Shown here piece after piece: positions 9,711 through 24,358 of a stretch of 64,000 nucleotides of DNA; position 1 is the stretch's first letter; each line of letters opens with the position of its first letter. The position numbers and the translations under genes were made by a program. The notes below the pieces were generated by a model. It saw only the letters and a program-made list of their open reading frames with translations. It made no database searches and was not told where the DNA came from. The stretch comes from Ostrea edulis (lineage: Eukaryota), in NCBI RefSeq assembly GCF_947568905.1, contig NC_079164.1, forward strand, positions 59,892,001 through 59,956,000, given 5' to 3'.

Positions 9711-11270
9711 CAAAACAAAACAGTACATTGGTCTAACAAACAAAACAAAACAATACATTGGTCTAACAAACAAAACAAAACAATACATTGGTCTAACAAA
9801 CAAAATAATATATTAAAAAATACATTGATCAGACAAACAAAACAATACATTGGTCTAACCAAAAAAACAATACATTGGTCATGCAGACAAACCAAAACAA
9901 AACAGTAAATTACAAATGGTCAGACGGAAAAAAAATTTATCCATTAATCAGAGAACAAAACAAAATGAGCCATTAATCAGATAAACAAAACAAAATATCC
10001 ATTAATCAGATAACTAAAACAAATTACCTGTTAATCAGACAAACAAAACAAAATGATCCATTAATAAACTAATCAAAACAAAATGATTCATTAATCAGAC
10101 AAACAAAACAAAATGATCTATTGATCAGACAAACAAAAACAGAATTATTCATTAATAAGGCAAACAAAAACAAAATGATCCATTAATCAAAGAAAACAAA
10201 ATGACACATTAATCAGACAAAAAAAAAAGATCCATTAATCAGATAAACAAAACAAATTGAGCCATTAATCAGTCAAACAAAAACAAAATGATCCATTGAT
10301 CAAAGAAAACAAAATGACACATTAATCTGACCAAAAAATGATACATAAATCAGATAAACAAAACAAAATAAAATGATCCGTAAATCAGCCAAACAAAAAC
10401 ATAATGATACATTAATCAGATAAATAAAACAAAATGAGCCATTAATCAGATAAACAAAACAAAATGATCCATTAATCAGATAAACAAAACAAAATGATAC
10501 ATTGATCAGATAAAGAAAACAAAATGAGCCATTAAGGAGACAAACAAAATAAAATGAGCCATTAATCAAATAAACAAAACAAATGATCCATTAATCAGAT
10601 AACTAAAACAAATTATCCGTTAATCAGACAGACATATTAATGAAATGAATAAAACAAATGATCCATTAATCAGACAAACAAAACTAAATGATCCATTAAT
10701 CAGACAAACAAAACTAAATGATCCATTAATCAGAGAAACAAAACAAAATGATCCGTAAATCAGTGAAACAAAAACAAAATGATACATTAATAAGATAAAC
10801 AGAACAAATGATACATTAATTAGTCAAACAAAACAAAATGATACATTAATCAGTCAAACAAAACAAAATGATCCATTAATCAGAGAAACAAAACAAAATG
10901 ATACATTAATCAGTCAAACAAAACAAAATGATACATTAATAAGATAAACAGAACAAATGATACATTAATTAGTCAAACAAAACAAAATGATACATTAATC
11001 AGTCAAACAAAACAAAATGATACATTAATCAGTCAAACAAAACAAATGTTCCATTCATCAGCAATCTGATTAAAATCAGCTCCTCAATCCGCTCCTTTAC
11101 TAGCGACAAATCAAAAGAAATAAAGGAGCGGATCGAGGAGCTGATTTTAATCAGATTGCATTCATCAGATAAACAAAACAAAATGGTACATTACTCGATC
11201 AGACAAACAAAACAAAATGATACATTACTCAAACAAAACAAAATGATTAACATTAGTCCAACATCTGTGC
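9711..11270. repeat. About 30-bp A-rich degenerate minisatellite that supplies the polypyrimidine tract of the 9707 acceptor
   Basis: aaacaaaacaatacattggtct grades into aaacaaaacaaaatgatccattaatcag. Interrupted by a hairpin MITE at 11062. Confidence 0.9.
11062..11159. mobile_element. About 100-bp hairpin MITE, Mutator-like
   Basis: Arms caatctgattaaaatcagctcctc(a/g)atccgctccttta and its reverse complement; 9-bp flanking direct repeat attcatcag. Same family as 60092-60190. Confidence 0.75.
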
Positions 11271-11329
11271 CAACTACAATTCAGTATATTGAAATTTTCC
11301 CCGCTATATATATATATTCTGATTCTTAC

Positions 11330-11423
11330 CTACAACCATCATGCAGAATTCAAAGCCCCGCTTGACAGCTTTTCTGTGCACTTGATCTGGTAGTGTAGCA
11401 AAACCTATAAATTCATCATCATC
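11330..11423 (-). CDS. SEPT5: SEPT4/5-like septin, first common exon (94 bp): [31 protein letters not shown](G)
   Basis: Acceptor ccttttgtag, donor TAG|gtaaga, phase 0 to 1. Contains the septin GFAxLPxQVHRK polybasic region. Confidence 0.96.
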
Positions 11424-12409
11424 CTACAAAAGGGAGATGCAAACCGATAGTACTATATATCCAAGTTAGACTGAAAGCAAATATCCAAGTGGTTTGAAGT
11501 TCACAGTGCCATATTGATTTAGACTTTTTAAATCACTAATGACAGAAAAGTCATGTGACCAATAAGTCTAGGAATTGCATCTTTATAAGAAAAAGATTTA
11601 GTCTTGGAGTTTCCTGCTCTCTCTAGTGAAAGTTTTGCTGAAAAATTTAAATCTATTTGAAAATTTAGAGCTTCAAGTGATTTTATTTTAATTCTTCCTC
11701 CAATTCCTATGAAACCTCCTTAATTCGAGTATTAAGACAAAGTGGACCATGTTAAGTCCACACGTCCCCAATGCTGATTGGTCACAAACTTAATTCATTT
11801 CCATGATACTACAAGTCCAAATAGAAAACTTTCTATATGCGTTACAATAGTGCAAATGGGTACAATAGTTTATCCCAAGGTCATCTATTGTTTAATGAAA
11901 TACTTCACACTCAATTTCAAAATCCTACGAGACAATTGAAGCTGGAATCTGGATAAAAGAATTGAAGATTAAAAAACTGTAATATGAGCTGTACTGCTCA
12001 CTGAAAAATGAGGATGCAGTGACTTCATCCATGAGGATGATATCAAGAGGATGAAAGTCTGGCCAGGACTGAGACAATGACCATTCCATGAACACTCAAA
12101 AATCATTCTGACATGTAATATAAAGAATTGGCCCTAGGTAGCAATTAAAAATCAGGCCACATAGCTCGGAAAACTGATTTCTGCACTTTCTTCAATGATA
12201 CTCCCGATCTGTGTTTGAAAATCTGTGGCAATTTCATCCTGATTTACATGTAGTCAGCTTCATCATCTTCAGTTGACTCCTGGAATCTTATTACAAGCTA
12301 ATGGTGATGCTAATTCATAAAGTCCATTGTATCCTGCAATCTCATCATACTCCTGTGGCAATAATTACCCTATTTACATTTACAGATAGGTTGATACAAA
12401 ATAGAAAAG

Positions 12410-12830
12410 CTTTAAAAAACCCATTGTATATTGCCACTGAAAACCATTGTATATTGCTACAGAAAACCATTGTATATTGCCACTGAAAACCATTGTATAT
12501 CACTACAGAAAACCATTGTATATTAATTGCTACAAAAAACCATTGTATATCGCCACAGAAAACCATTGTATATCACCACAGAAAACCATTGTATATCGCC
12601 ACAGAAAACCATTGTATATCGCCACAGAAAACCATTGTATATCGCCACAGAAAACCATTGTATATTGCTACAGAAAACCATTGTATATCACCACAGAAAA
12701 CCATTGTATATCGCCACAGAAAACCATTGTATATCACTACAGAAAACCATTGTATTTTGCTACAGAAAACCATTGTATATTGCCACAGAAAACCATTGTA
12801 TATCGCTACAGAAAACCATTCTATATCACC
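12410..12830. repeat. 23-bp minisatellite
   Basis: Unit cattgtatat(c/t)(g/a)ccacagaaaac; explains the ORFs at 12345-12902. Confidence 0.93.
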
Positions 12831-15800
12831 ACATGTAGCAGTGCTACTTATAGATAAACAATACATACTTATAATTATGTTATAATAGTACATTTTATTC
12901 ACAGACTTTAATTATGGATTAAATTATTCCATTTGCCTGATCAAGATATAGGATTGGCAGTGGGTGTGATGATAAGGCAACAGGGAATGCTTACTCCTCC
13001 TAGGCATCTCATCCCACCCACGTCCTACTCTAAATTTTGTATTATGATATTAATGCTCATTATTCTGGTATTTATGAAATTGATATCACTTTTCAGTATC
13101 TTCACTTTTCATTCCACATTGTTAAGGTAACTCCATACTCACAGTTTTATCTGATACAAGTTTAAAATGTGTATTTATTTTCATTCATTAGAGTTAAAAC
13201 TAACAAATTATCAAATAAAATACATAGGTCATCACACATTTTAAGATGTGAGACATACATAAACACATATATCATCGTCAGAAAATTGCAATTTTCCTTA
13301 AACAGCGTTATAAAAATTCCATACAAACTGGTTATGACGATATAGTAGCATGCACTCATAACAATTTCATGAAACTGTATCTTCACAAAAATATACAAAA
13401 TGTCTGTAAAAAATAAAGGAAATATATCGCATTGTAGACTTAATTGATAAAGAAATAGAAAATAACTCCTTGGATTCAATATTTTGAAATGTATCATTGA
13501 TTATTCATCTACAACTTACACTTTTGAAATATTTTATTTTTAACAAGATTTTTTACAATAACTATAGGAAAAGACTCCAACAAAATTTATGTTCCTATCA
13601 TGCATAAATCTAATAAATCATTGATTTTGCAAAATCTTATGACATCACAGGAGGGTGGAATTACTTTAAAGTTACTGCATGGTCTAACATACATATTCTA
13701 TCAATAGTACAATCAATTTACATACTGAACACTTACAACATGTAGCCTTGCTGAATTGAAGATTAAAAATATATCAGGTACCAGTAATCATAATTTTCTA
13801 ATGTGCCAGATGTATATTTAATTTCTTGTCATCTGGAATAACATTCTTTCACATAGTAAAACATCAAAAGACTGTGATGTCATTGGGGCGACCTTTAACC
13901 TTCAGTGGTTTCATTAAAATGTCAACCACTGGCTGTGGACTGTCACGAGATAACTAGCTTGTTATTACCCGGAGCACTGGCTGTTCAACAAAATATAACT
14001 TAATCGGTGTTTGGCTACATGTATATAGTAAATTCTTCTGGGTGTTTTGTAAAAAGTGAATATATTAACTTTCATAGCTTCTACAGTTGGTATGGGGATT
14101 TTAATACATATATGAATTTTTTAAAAATAACATTGTACATGTATCACCCATCAACAGGTTTTTAGTACTTTTAAAATTAGCACTTACAAGTCTTACATTA
14201 GAAACAGCTGTAATTTTGAGATGATGCGCATCATGTGTGGCCTTTATCTTCAGAGTTTGATTTAATTTTAATCATCTGGTATCATGGTGTAACAATATTT
14301 CATTTTAAATTCTGCCTTCTCTTTCAATGATCAAGAATGTTTTAACATCATGACTTTAGATAGCTAATTGATTGTAATTGATTGTATTTGTACCACTCTG
14401 CCACTGATTTTAGGCCAGTTTAACGTCAGTCCCACACTTGACACTTAAGACCACCAACATCATGGACGTGATCGCTTGCATGTTTACTTTATATGTTACC
14501 CCAATGTACATTCTATGGTGCTCAACCACTACTCCACACAATACACAGGGCACATTGTACTGGTCCCCCCCCCCCCTATTAAACTGGACTCCAAGCACCT
14601 TACTTTGACAAGACCATGCATGCTCTGTAATTACAACCATGTCATTGGAGATTGGACATAAAACCCTCACTGGTCAATATCAAAACACTAAACCTGAAGG
14701 CCATCTTATGAATGTATCCATGACAACAGAGTAATGCTTTCTTCATTTTATTTTTATCTAAGCCATCCATAATATCTAATTCATGATCATTTAACTCATC
14801 TGACAATTATTTGGTTAAATTGCTAAATTTGCAACAAGCACTAACTTTAGAACAGGGAAACGAGTTCAAAGGAAGGAGAAATGAGAATCTTTCAACAAAA
14901 CATCCTGTCTGTAGTGACTGAGTTATATAAAATCAGGATATCAGTTTTCTAGTGTTTTAAATAACATCTATCTGAATAAAAATGTGACAGAATATATTAG
15001 TCCCAAATCTATTCTGTAATACAAAACCCAGAGGTGTTGACAGGGTAGAATATTCCAAGGTCACCTTCAGAATCAAATGATATAGGTTCCTATTGTGAAA
15101 TTTTCATTTCTTCTTTAATCAGACTGGGGAATTTCAGAATCTCTGATAAAACTTCATTCATAAAGTGTATGCTGATATATAGATCATTTAGTGCAGATTA
15201 ATTAATTACCATATGCAGAGACTCACAACAATGAGCAAGTGAGATATCTGCAATGATAGCAGAATTTTTTAGGTAAAATACACCGAACAAATGATTATAA
15301 TTTGAATTGATCGAATTACTGTACCAAAAAATATAGTTTGCCTCCACTAAATCCCATCAAATTCATAAACTGGTATCCACCTGATTCGTGGATTATGATA
15401 CATGATAAAAACAGCGTAATGTACATTGGTGACAAACCTAGAAACTTGTTCCATGATAGGTCACTAATCATAATAATGACTTATAAGTGTTGAGCTGTCA
15501 GATATGATGTACCAGAAACATCACAGACCAAAATAACCACAATGGACAGTAAGTTGGATGTGAAATGGCTATAAGATTCGTGGTCAGAGCTCCTTGGCGG
15601 TGTGTCACCACCTGACATGTCAATCACTCAGAGCATCCCCCAGTATTACCACGTTCATCACTAATTAGTACTGATTCACACCTTCAGAATGCAATTTTAT
15701 CCTAAGTCGGTCAGTGGTTTCACTGTTGACCACTCAAACCGCAAACTAGAATTTGCAACCACAATTGTACCTAATCATATCAGACTGTATTAATTTACAA

Positions 15801-16167
15801 AGAACAGTTAATACTGTATAGGACACTACTGTAAGATTTAAGATGAGGGAATCTAACCTAGCTGTCATATGATATCATGGATTTAAATACAGCTTCCAGT
15901 GAATTTTGCCTTCCTCAGCCTTTATTTTGTACTTTCAAAGTGAATAACTTTACTTTTATAGATTGAGTTGAAATACCTATTTGGTTCCATTAATATTAAA
16001 AGCCACTAAAGACTTGAGTTTGGTTAGTAATGATAAACTGACACAATTTTGACATCTGACCTATATACTGCTTTCTCTAAAATTATCTTTAAAAACTCAC
16101 CAATTTCCTTCACTGGCCCAGATGAAATAATGACTTCAAAATACATGTAAAAAAAATCCAAACTCAC

Positions 16168-17010
16168 CAATTTTTTGGGTTCAAGTGAAATTCTCCTGGT
16201 TAAGCGGCGTTTCCGTTTAGGTTCTTTAGTCTCTGCCTTGTCTGGCACCTCAGTAACTGGAGGGACCGTGGACAAAGGTTTCCGACCAGCACTGGATGTA
16301 CTACTGTTCCGTCTGGGTGGACGAACAGGAGAAGTAACTCCTACTGTTTTGTCCTCTACAGGTCCTGATGATCTTGATCCAATATCGGATGGTCCTAGTG
16401 ACCTTGACAATGAGAGTTTAGTTTCTTGCTCTCCTTTGACCTCTGTGACCTTTGGAGGATAGTTTTGGTTGAGGTCCTTGCCCTCCTGGCTGGATGAAGA
16501 GGGCTGACTGCCATATTTTGCCACCTCTCCTTTAGATGAGGGTGGAGTTGTGAGGGAAGGATCTGGCACTTGGTTTGTTATCTTCGGTGTGTCATACAGT
16601 GAGTCCTGAGGAGACGGAGTCAAAGGTGAGGTAGGATATACCTGGGACCGTGGTCTGTCATAAATCCGTCGACCCCGCTCCTCCTCCTGATGAAGGATGC
16701 CATTTTCTTGGTGAGACCTACCTATGATAGGGTGGGCAGAGTATTTGACCCCTGTGCTGGTCTCATAGTGGCTGAGACTCTGCAGTTTGGACTCACTTCC
16801 TGCCTGGTCATTGGGAAGCTGGCTGGAACTGATGGGAGAGAATGACCAGCGGTTCTTAGCATTGTCATTACTCAAGAGTTTACGAGGTCGCAGGATGGAT
16901 GCTGCTGACTGTTCTGACTTTGCTGGGTTTGGACTTGGCTTTAGCGAAGAAGAACTCAGTGAAAACTTGAAGGGTGTCCGAAATCTCTTTTGCTGACTGC
17001 TGCCTTCCAT
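16168..17010 (-). CDS. SEPT5: Large alternative N-terminal exon (281 aa, Ser/Pro-rich, low complexity) of the SEPT4/5-like gene
   Basis: Non-repetitive 843-bp stop-free frame with raised GC. The ATG has an in-frame TAA 15 nt upstream, and the frame ends at a strong phase-0 donor TTG|gtgagt compatible with the exon starting at 11423. Confidence 0.85.
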
Positions 17011-19483
17011 CGTGTGGGGTACGATTTAAAACAAACTGACCTACGTTGACATTCCTTCCACAATTACAAGTCAATTAGAACTTGTTCACCATATCAAATC
17101 CATTACAAGTACAATAATAATCTATACCCACAGTAAACCTCTTTTCAGGTGTAAATTCTTTCACATCTCCCATGCTAACTCCACAGAAATCTCAAAATTT
17201 TCCATAAGATCTTGCACAAGGAACATCAGAGGAGTAGAGTCACTGATTTTCACATGTAATTTCTTCAAATTACCATCACAACTCAGTACTGAATCAACAC
17301 AGTACACATGCATATATAAATTTCTGTAGTGGCTGAGGCAGTGTCTCCGTCACGGTCAGGTGAACCCCTACAATCTGTGTCACGGTCCGTTTGTCCAATG
17401 TGAATGGGTTCCTGTCTGCTGTAGTTCAGTACAGTGTGGTTGGTAGTCTGTTAATGATGTCCACAGATAAACAGCCACAGGCTGCCCTTAACTTACCTGC
17501 ATGTGGACCAGTCCATGTTTTTACCTACCTTACATACACCTTATGGCACATTCCATTTTATGAGACTGAGGTATGCTGATAATATTGCAACATTTTGCAT
17601 AATCACTGTTTACATGCAACAATTTGCATTACTGAATTTCTATGTGTCGGAATTGCTCAAGTTCAATTCAAGATATATTAACTTTGATCTACATTAAATA
17701 CATTGATCATGCTCTTTTTTTAAATTACTACCTCATTTTCATCATACAATTATTAAATGTTACACAATAACATATACTCTAATCTACTAACACATACAGA
17801 CAGTACTGTGTTAATTTTTATACACAAGTTCAAATTGATGAGGGTAAAACCATTTTATTAAACAAGTTAAAACAATTTTCTGTGCAAAAGTTAAATTTAA
17901 TTTTTAAAGAATGTGTTTAAAAAGTATATTTACACAGATGGTGAACACATATACTAATAGCCCACTGCAAACACACAGCTGTCAAAAGCCCAAATAAATT
18001 CTATTTTTTCTTCCACATCACAACACTGACTCAATATGCATGTATTTTTACAAAATTTATCACCCCTACGAGACATTTCTATTACCATGACAATAAATGA
18101 TATTATCTACATCAACTTTAAATTTAATGACAACAGATGTTTGTCTGGGCTCCTGGCTGTGTTTCTTTTCCCCCAGTAAGCTCTCTGCACCAGAGATTAC
18201 AATCATTGTAACAAAATTGAATTTCAAATTTTTAATCCCAGCATGTAAACAACAAACATGCCTTAAAACTGCTTTATTCTGAGAGTTTTTGTTAATCATC
18301 TCATTCATTCCTTCTTTTCATTTTTTAAATAAGTTCTTTATCTTGAAAATACAGTCTTTGTAAATCAATCAAGTCCATTATTTAAAAGACTGCAGGCAAT
18401 CAGATTTAGATAAGACACCGATTACCAAGTCCATTCTTTCAAATGAATTCAAAATACCTGTTCAACCTTTTTAGAAAAACCCAGGTATTTCAAAAGGCTG
18501 GATGTGTATGAGTATGTAAACAATAACAAAAATAATGTCTTACACAGGTGTTAACAATAAAATGATGACCTATGTCCTCCAGCAGATGGAGAGAGGGTTG
18601 ATGGTACAGAACAGAACTATAATCCATGGGAAAACTGATCCTCCATCCCGCTGGTTTTCAGGTCAGTGAGAGTGGCTGGAGAGGACGTCACAAGGAGCAA
18701 GACAATGGGTTGGTCCTCCAGGAGCTATACAAGTACCAGTTTGTACCATGTTACTAACCCATAAAGACCTCTGCCCCAGACCTACATAGTAAGCTTCTGT
18801 CCCATCAGTGTACACTAATTATGGTCTCCATTTAAAAGTCCAGCACACATTGTCCTTGGACTCCCATTCAAATCTGTATTTATTTCCTCACATATTTCAT
18901 TGACTGCTTGATGTATATACATGTAGTATACATTCTTTATTTCCAAATCTGCAGCTACGGCCCTATTAGGCATCACAGATAACATACATAAAATTTCTAC
19001 AATATTACAGATATAAATTATTACAGCCTATTTAAACTTTTGGATGAATTATGTCCCTTGAAATGAATTTCTTAAATTTTCAAATGTCCCCAAATTGTTG
19101 ATAGAACTTGAGTCTAATGACATTAAATGTCTCAGACACCTAAAAGATTGTCCCATTACATGGACTGGCTGGTGTCAGTTTATAGAGTAAGATCTGAGTT
19201 TACATCGCGCAGTGGGCCTTTATACAACATTCTCTATTTACAGAGTTGATCTAACTACCAATCTGATAAAAACTGCCCAAACAGACTGTAACATGGGGTA
19301 TCCTAGACTAAGTGCTTACTTCAATACAAACCTCCAGTCTGATTTAACATAAACATTTCACGGACCATATCAAACCAAATTCCTGGATACTGGAGCAGAA
19401 CACAATGACTACATAACATATCATTAACAAAATTAAATGGAGCATAAATTGGTGAGAATTAAGCTAGAATTAATTACACTCAC

Positions 19484-19495
19484 CGATCTAAACAT
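19484..19495 (-). CDS. SEPT5: Candidate short alternative first coding exon (MFRS)
   Basis: ATG TTT AGA TCG|gtgagt: consensus donor, phase 0, compatible with the exon at 11423. Very short, so it could be chance. Confidence 0.4.
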
Positions 19496-19719
19496 GCTTA
19501 GTCTCCAGCCTCTGACACAAAGCTGAGTTGTAGCTCATCAAGGCTGGCTATAGACCATGATCTGTATTGATTTATGATGAATCTTAGATCAATATCTGCC
19601 TAGGACTTTCCACAGAGCACTCACTATTATTGATCTTGTTTACAAAAAAGAATTCACATGAGAAATTGCTACATCTGCTTGGAGCTGGAGTGATGTAAAA
19701 TGGTAACTGTTGTGTGTCC

Positions 19720-20075
19720 TAAAACAGACAGGCATACAGACAAAGTAATCTACTACAGACCTGCATCCCTCCAAAACAGACAGGCATACAGACAAAGTAA
19801 TCTACTACAGACCTGCATCCCTCCAAAACAGACAGGCATACAGACAAAGTAATCTACTACAGAGCTGAATCCCTCCAAAACAGACAGGAATACAAAGTAA
19901 TCTACTACAGAGCTGAATCCCTCCAAAACAGACAGGCATACAGACAAAGTAATCTACTAGAGACCTGCATCCCTCCAAAACAGACAGGCATACAGACAAA
20001 GTAATCTACTACAGACCTGCATCCCTCCAAAACAGACAGGTATACAGACAGAGTAATCTACTACAGAGCTGCATC
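19720..20075. repeat. 52-bp minisatellite (about 7 copies)
   Basis: Unit aaaacagacaggcatacagacaaagtaatctactacagacctgcatccctcc. Confidence 0.93.
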
Positions 20076-21472
20076 CCTCGAGTGAATGAATGTTCTGATA
20101 TACATTAAATGCATGGACATGAAATGGTCTAAGGTGGAACACTCTCCCAAAGGAGAAAAATAGACAAAATACCCCTCCCCCACCTACTGATAAAATGAAG
20201 GACCTTGATAGTTTTACCCTATCAGGACTGCACGCAGTGGGGACCTATATTGATTTCTACAGAGCCATGCAGACTGTTAAGGCTCTTGGTTGATGTTTGG
20301 CATTCCTTTGGCGATTAGACTGAATCCGGTGATTTACATAACATGTCTAGCTGTTTAGTATCCAGCTTGGATGCGTCCCCTGGGTAAGGCTATTACAGGA
20401 TGATAGGAAATATATTGACAGCTATCAAAGAACCTGTCCAGAAATACATAGAACAGAAAGAAAACCACAAAATTTGATGGGCGAGAAAATACATGAAACA
20501 CTAAGCATGATGTCTTTCTGTGCCAATTTTAACACAAAGTAAACCAAGACATTGTTGATGTGTTTGATAAACACAAAGTAAACCAAGACATTGTTGATGT
20601 GTTTGATAAACACAACCCTGAAAGTGGTGATCACTTGTAATGTTCTCATATATTTCTATCATTTTGCTAAATATCAATTCTTTAACATCTTTAGTTCAAA
20701 AGTTTTCAGAAATGTCCTCTACCACTGAACAACAAAAATTCATTATGGATTTAAAATCGACATAAACTGATTAACAAGGGTTCTCATCCCCCCCCCACGA
20801 AAACTGAAGATACAGTGTAATCATATTCTGCTTTACTCTCTTATGTTCAAAATAAAACTGGAAATGGAAATGTCAACATAACAGTACAAAAAGTTGTTTT
20901 CAATGAAATATACAGAGAAAAAATAAAGTAAAATTGAATGTCACATTCAGCACACACCTGGCAGTTAACTTTACGAATCAAAGAATTGTGTCACGTTTCT
21001 CACAGTTTACATCTAGAATTCTGTTTAACCTTCAATTGCAAATTCTCCGTCCTAAAGATAAAGCAAAGCTAATAAAGGTGAATTCATTAAAGGTTTGGAT
21101 TAGAAATTGAATTCTGTCAGTATGTTTGTTCCTTCCAAGGGGAAACCACTCCTTACAAAGCTGTCCAAGCCCTGATAAGGGGATTGCAATTAGGCACTAT
21201 GCAATGTCTGCCAAGATTCTTGTCTCTTGTCTGAGATGCTCTGCTCCTATACCTCAGCAGCTTTAAAATGTTATGAAATTCAACAAAGATAGAGAATTTG
21301 AAAATCATTATGGAGAGGAAAGAATTTACATTATAAAATGTTTAGGAAACCAATATGGAGAAAATAAAAGACTACTGGCAATAGATTGGAAAATTCCATA
21401 CAATAGTGTGCTTTTTTTTCTACAACAGAATTTTAACACTGACAGTATTTATGAAATGAAAACATGAACATG

Positions 21473-21474
<2 letters not shown>

Positions 21475-21549
<75 letters not shown>
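21475..21549. repeat. (GA)n microsatellite
   Basis: Direct inspection; about 37 GA units with one interruption. Confidence 0.97.
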
Positions 21550-21552
<3 letters not shown>

Positions 21553-22424
21553 CAAAGGAAGTAACTCCCACAAAATTTCACTCACTACTTCAAAATTCAC
21601 TGGCTTGTTCCTCAGCATGCTAGCATCCAATTTCACACTATAACATTAATTAAATCCACAGAGTCTGTATGGGACTTACAGTAACTAACCAGAATACCAT
21701 TCCTTCTGAGTTCATTAACGAACCCATCAGAATCCCTACCCCTTTACAGTTCATTAAACATGCAATGCTTATTTAAACTCACCAGAATATAATCATTGGT
21801 ATTGAACTGACATTGTCACAACTAACAAAGTAGCAGTTTTAATTAAATACAGTACAAGCCATTAATTAATTAAAGGTTTATAAAGAATAATAATTTTTAA
21901 AAAGCCAGTGTCTGTGACAAGGCATGGAATTTCAGGTGTTAGCTATAGTATTGCTTACTCCTAGTCAAACATTGACACCTCCTCATCCAGAATGAAATCT
22001 GTCAGCCTAATGTTACAGATGGTCCAGTATTTCCTGACCGTCAGTCTGTCTGTGGAATGTGCAGCCTTCAAAATCACCCATCTATATGAAGCAATATATT
22101 AGCTCCAGAAAAATATCTAATGTCATTTTATTTCCAAATGAATATAAATGGTCATGGAGCCTCATTCTGAGTATGAGGATATAGACATATGATACTGGAT
22201 AAGGGAAATCACACTCAAGGAGTTGAATATTTCATCCATGAATGAGTTCCTGATCAACATATTCATATCCATCAATTTCATGTGGATCAACTCCTCATGG
22301 ATTATTTTTCTCCTATCACTTGTGTAATTTATCATAGATTAGTTCTGAGGAAATTAAACTATTACAGGATTATGGAAATCCATAACTGTCATTAACTGCA
22401 AATAAACATGTCGAGGACACCTTC

Positions 22425-22530
22425 TTTGGTTGTGAACATCCTGTAAGTTGTGAACATGATGTAAGTTGTGAACATGATGTAGGTTGTGTACATGATGTAG
22501 GTTGTGTACATGATGTAGGTTGTGTACACC
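22425..22530. repeat. 18-bp tandem repeat
   Basis: gttgtg(a/t)acatgatgta(a/g), about 5-6 copies. Confidence 0.9.
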
Positions 22531-22560
22531 AGTACATTGTTGATATGAATCACTATATAC

Positions 22561-23974
22561 AACAAGAGGTCCACAGGCCTTATTGGTCACCTGAGTACTA
22601 GTGAAAAGTATCACTACTCTCAAGGGCTATAAAATTTAGAAAAATTTCCTGTTCTGAATATCTAAGCTAAATTCTAATGTTCAGCGACAGTATAAAACAA
22701 GATGTGTTCTTAAGACTTCACTGCCCCCAAAAGTGCATACACTGATGAAAGGCTTTACATATGATATAATATATGTATTAACATTAAAAGATATGACTAA
22801 CTTGGACCCATCCTAGAGTCAAAACCCTGGGATGTGAAATTCATCATTTTTGTACATTCTTTTCTGCTATTCCTAAGTATGCATTTAGATTTTATACAGT
22901 ATCAGCAAACTTCAAGAAATCTTTTAAATTGTTATTATAATTTTGACACCACCCTGAAACCAAACCCTTACCCCCTAGGATCAGGGAATTTACAATTTGA
23001 CTACATACTCTTTCTAAATATCCATTTAGTTTCAATTTAGTATCATTATAGCACTAGAGATGTTGAATAAGTGTTTTATACATAAACACTATATAATAAG
23101 TTTGGCCTCACCCTGAGGTCAGAACTCCTACCCTGTGGATCATGAAATTTACAATTTTGGTAGAGGCTTTCCTGCTCTATATTGCAATGCATTTAGTTTT
23201 TCTTACAATTGTGCAGTTGTAAAGAAGAATATTTTTAATAACTGGTCAATTTTTGGCAGTTTGTGCCCTGTCCCTATAATGCTCCAGGGGTGCAGGAGTT
23301 CTAAAATTTACAATTTATGTTCCCAGACTTGTTCCAAAAATGCTTCATACCAAATTTAAAGAGAACTGAAATAGTATTATCATGAAGAAGTTAAAAATTT
23401 CTATTGTTCACACATTTAATAACTGACCATTTTGGCCCCACCCTGATACCAAAACCCCTAACCCTGGGATCATCAAATTCACAATTTTGGTAAAGGACTA
23501 TCTGTTCTTTCTAAATATCCATTTAGTTTCAGTTTAGTATCAATAGCTTTAAAGAAGATGTTATTTAAGTGTTTTACACATAAACACTATAATAAAGTAA
23601 AGTTGGCCCCGTCCTGGGGTCAGAACCCCTACTCTGGGGATCATGAGATTTGCAATTTTGGTAGAGGCCTTCCCGCTCTACATCACTATATATGCATTTA
23701 ATTTTTCTTACACAGGTGCAGTTGTGGAGAAGATTTTTTTAAATTTGTCAATTTTTGGCAGTTTTTGTCCCACCCCTTGGGCCCCAGGGGTGCAGGAATC
23801 CTGAAATTTATAATGTATGTCCCCCTTGTCCCAAAGATGCCTCATACCAAATTTGAAAAGAATTGGAATAGTAATTAGAAGCTAAAAATGTTCAATTGTT
23901 AATGTATGACGCACGATAACGGATGACAACCAATTGCAATTGGTCACCTGAATAAACTCAGGTGACCTAATAAA
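22561..23974. mobile_element. Non-autonomous Helitron/Helentron-type element, second family
   Basis: Starts aacaagaggtccacaggcc...ggtcacctgag and ends ggtcacctgaataaactcaggtgacc-taataaaa (3' hairpin). Internal repeats cagaacccctac...catgaaatttacaattttggta. Homologous to 52941-56970. Confidence 0.65.
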
Positions 23975-24251
23975 ACATGCTTACATTAAATCATTATTGG
24001 GTGTAAAACTTATTTAGGCACAAAAAAGATGGACAGAAATATGACAAAAATGTGACCCCTGCAGGTTAAGAATGTTGTGTGGGATCAGATATACAGAAGT
24101 TTTGTGGATCAGTGACAACACAATTTGTAAAGTGATATACTTCTCCATGAAACTTGACATTAATTAGATTTATTGTTTCTTTATACCATGGGTTTTCCTA
24201 AATGATTCTTCAAGTCTCAATTTGTCCAGATTTGAGAGAACTCTAACTGAC

Positions 24252-24358
24252 CAGTGGAGTGTCCTCTTGTAGTCTGGACAATCCTGGTTTGCTAGCTTGG
24301 TTTGTCAGCCTTGTCTGTCTGTCTGCCACTTCTCTACGTCTGGTTATGCTGGCAGGTT
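24252..24358 (-). CDS. SEPT5: Candidate alternative N-terminal exon (107 bp): (E)PASITRRREVADRQTRLTNQASKPGLSRLQEDTPL
   Basis: Acceptor cttttgatag, donor CTG|gtcagt (same hexamer as the 685 and 61142 donors), stop-free, GC-raised, phase 1 to 0, so it joins the exon at 11423 in frame. Confidence 0.65.

Noticed and set aside
11930-12300. Coding-looking stretch (ESTEDDEADYM*, DEIATDFQTQIG..., MEWSLSQSW...)
   Set aside because: Short frames that either stop or have donors in the wrong phase for the exon at 11423; no consistent exon model.
17490-17560. Strong donor CAG|gtaagt preceded by MDWSTC
   Set aside because: Phase 2, with no good pyrimidine-rich acceptor that keeps the frame. It may be a 5'-UTR exon for the 281-aa isoform, but I cannot support coordinates.
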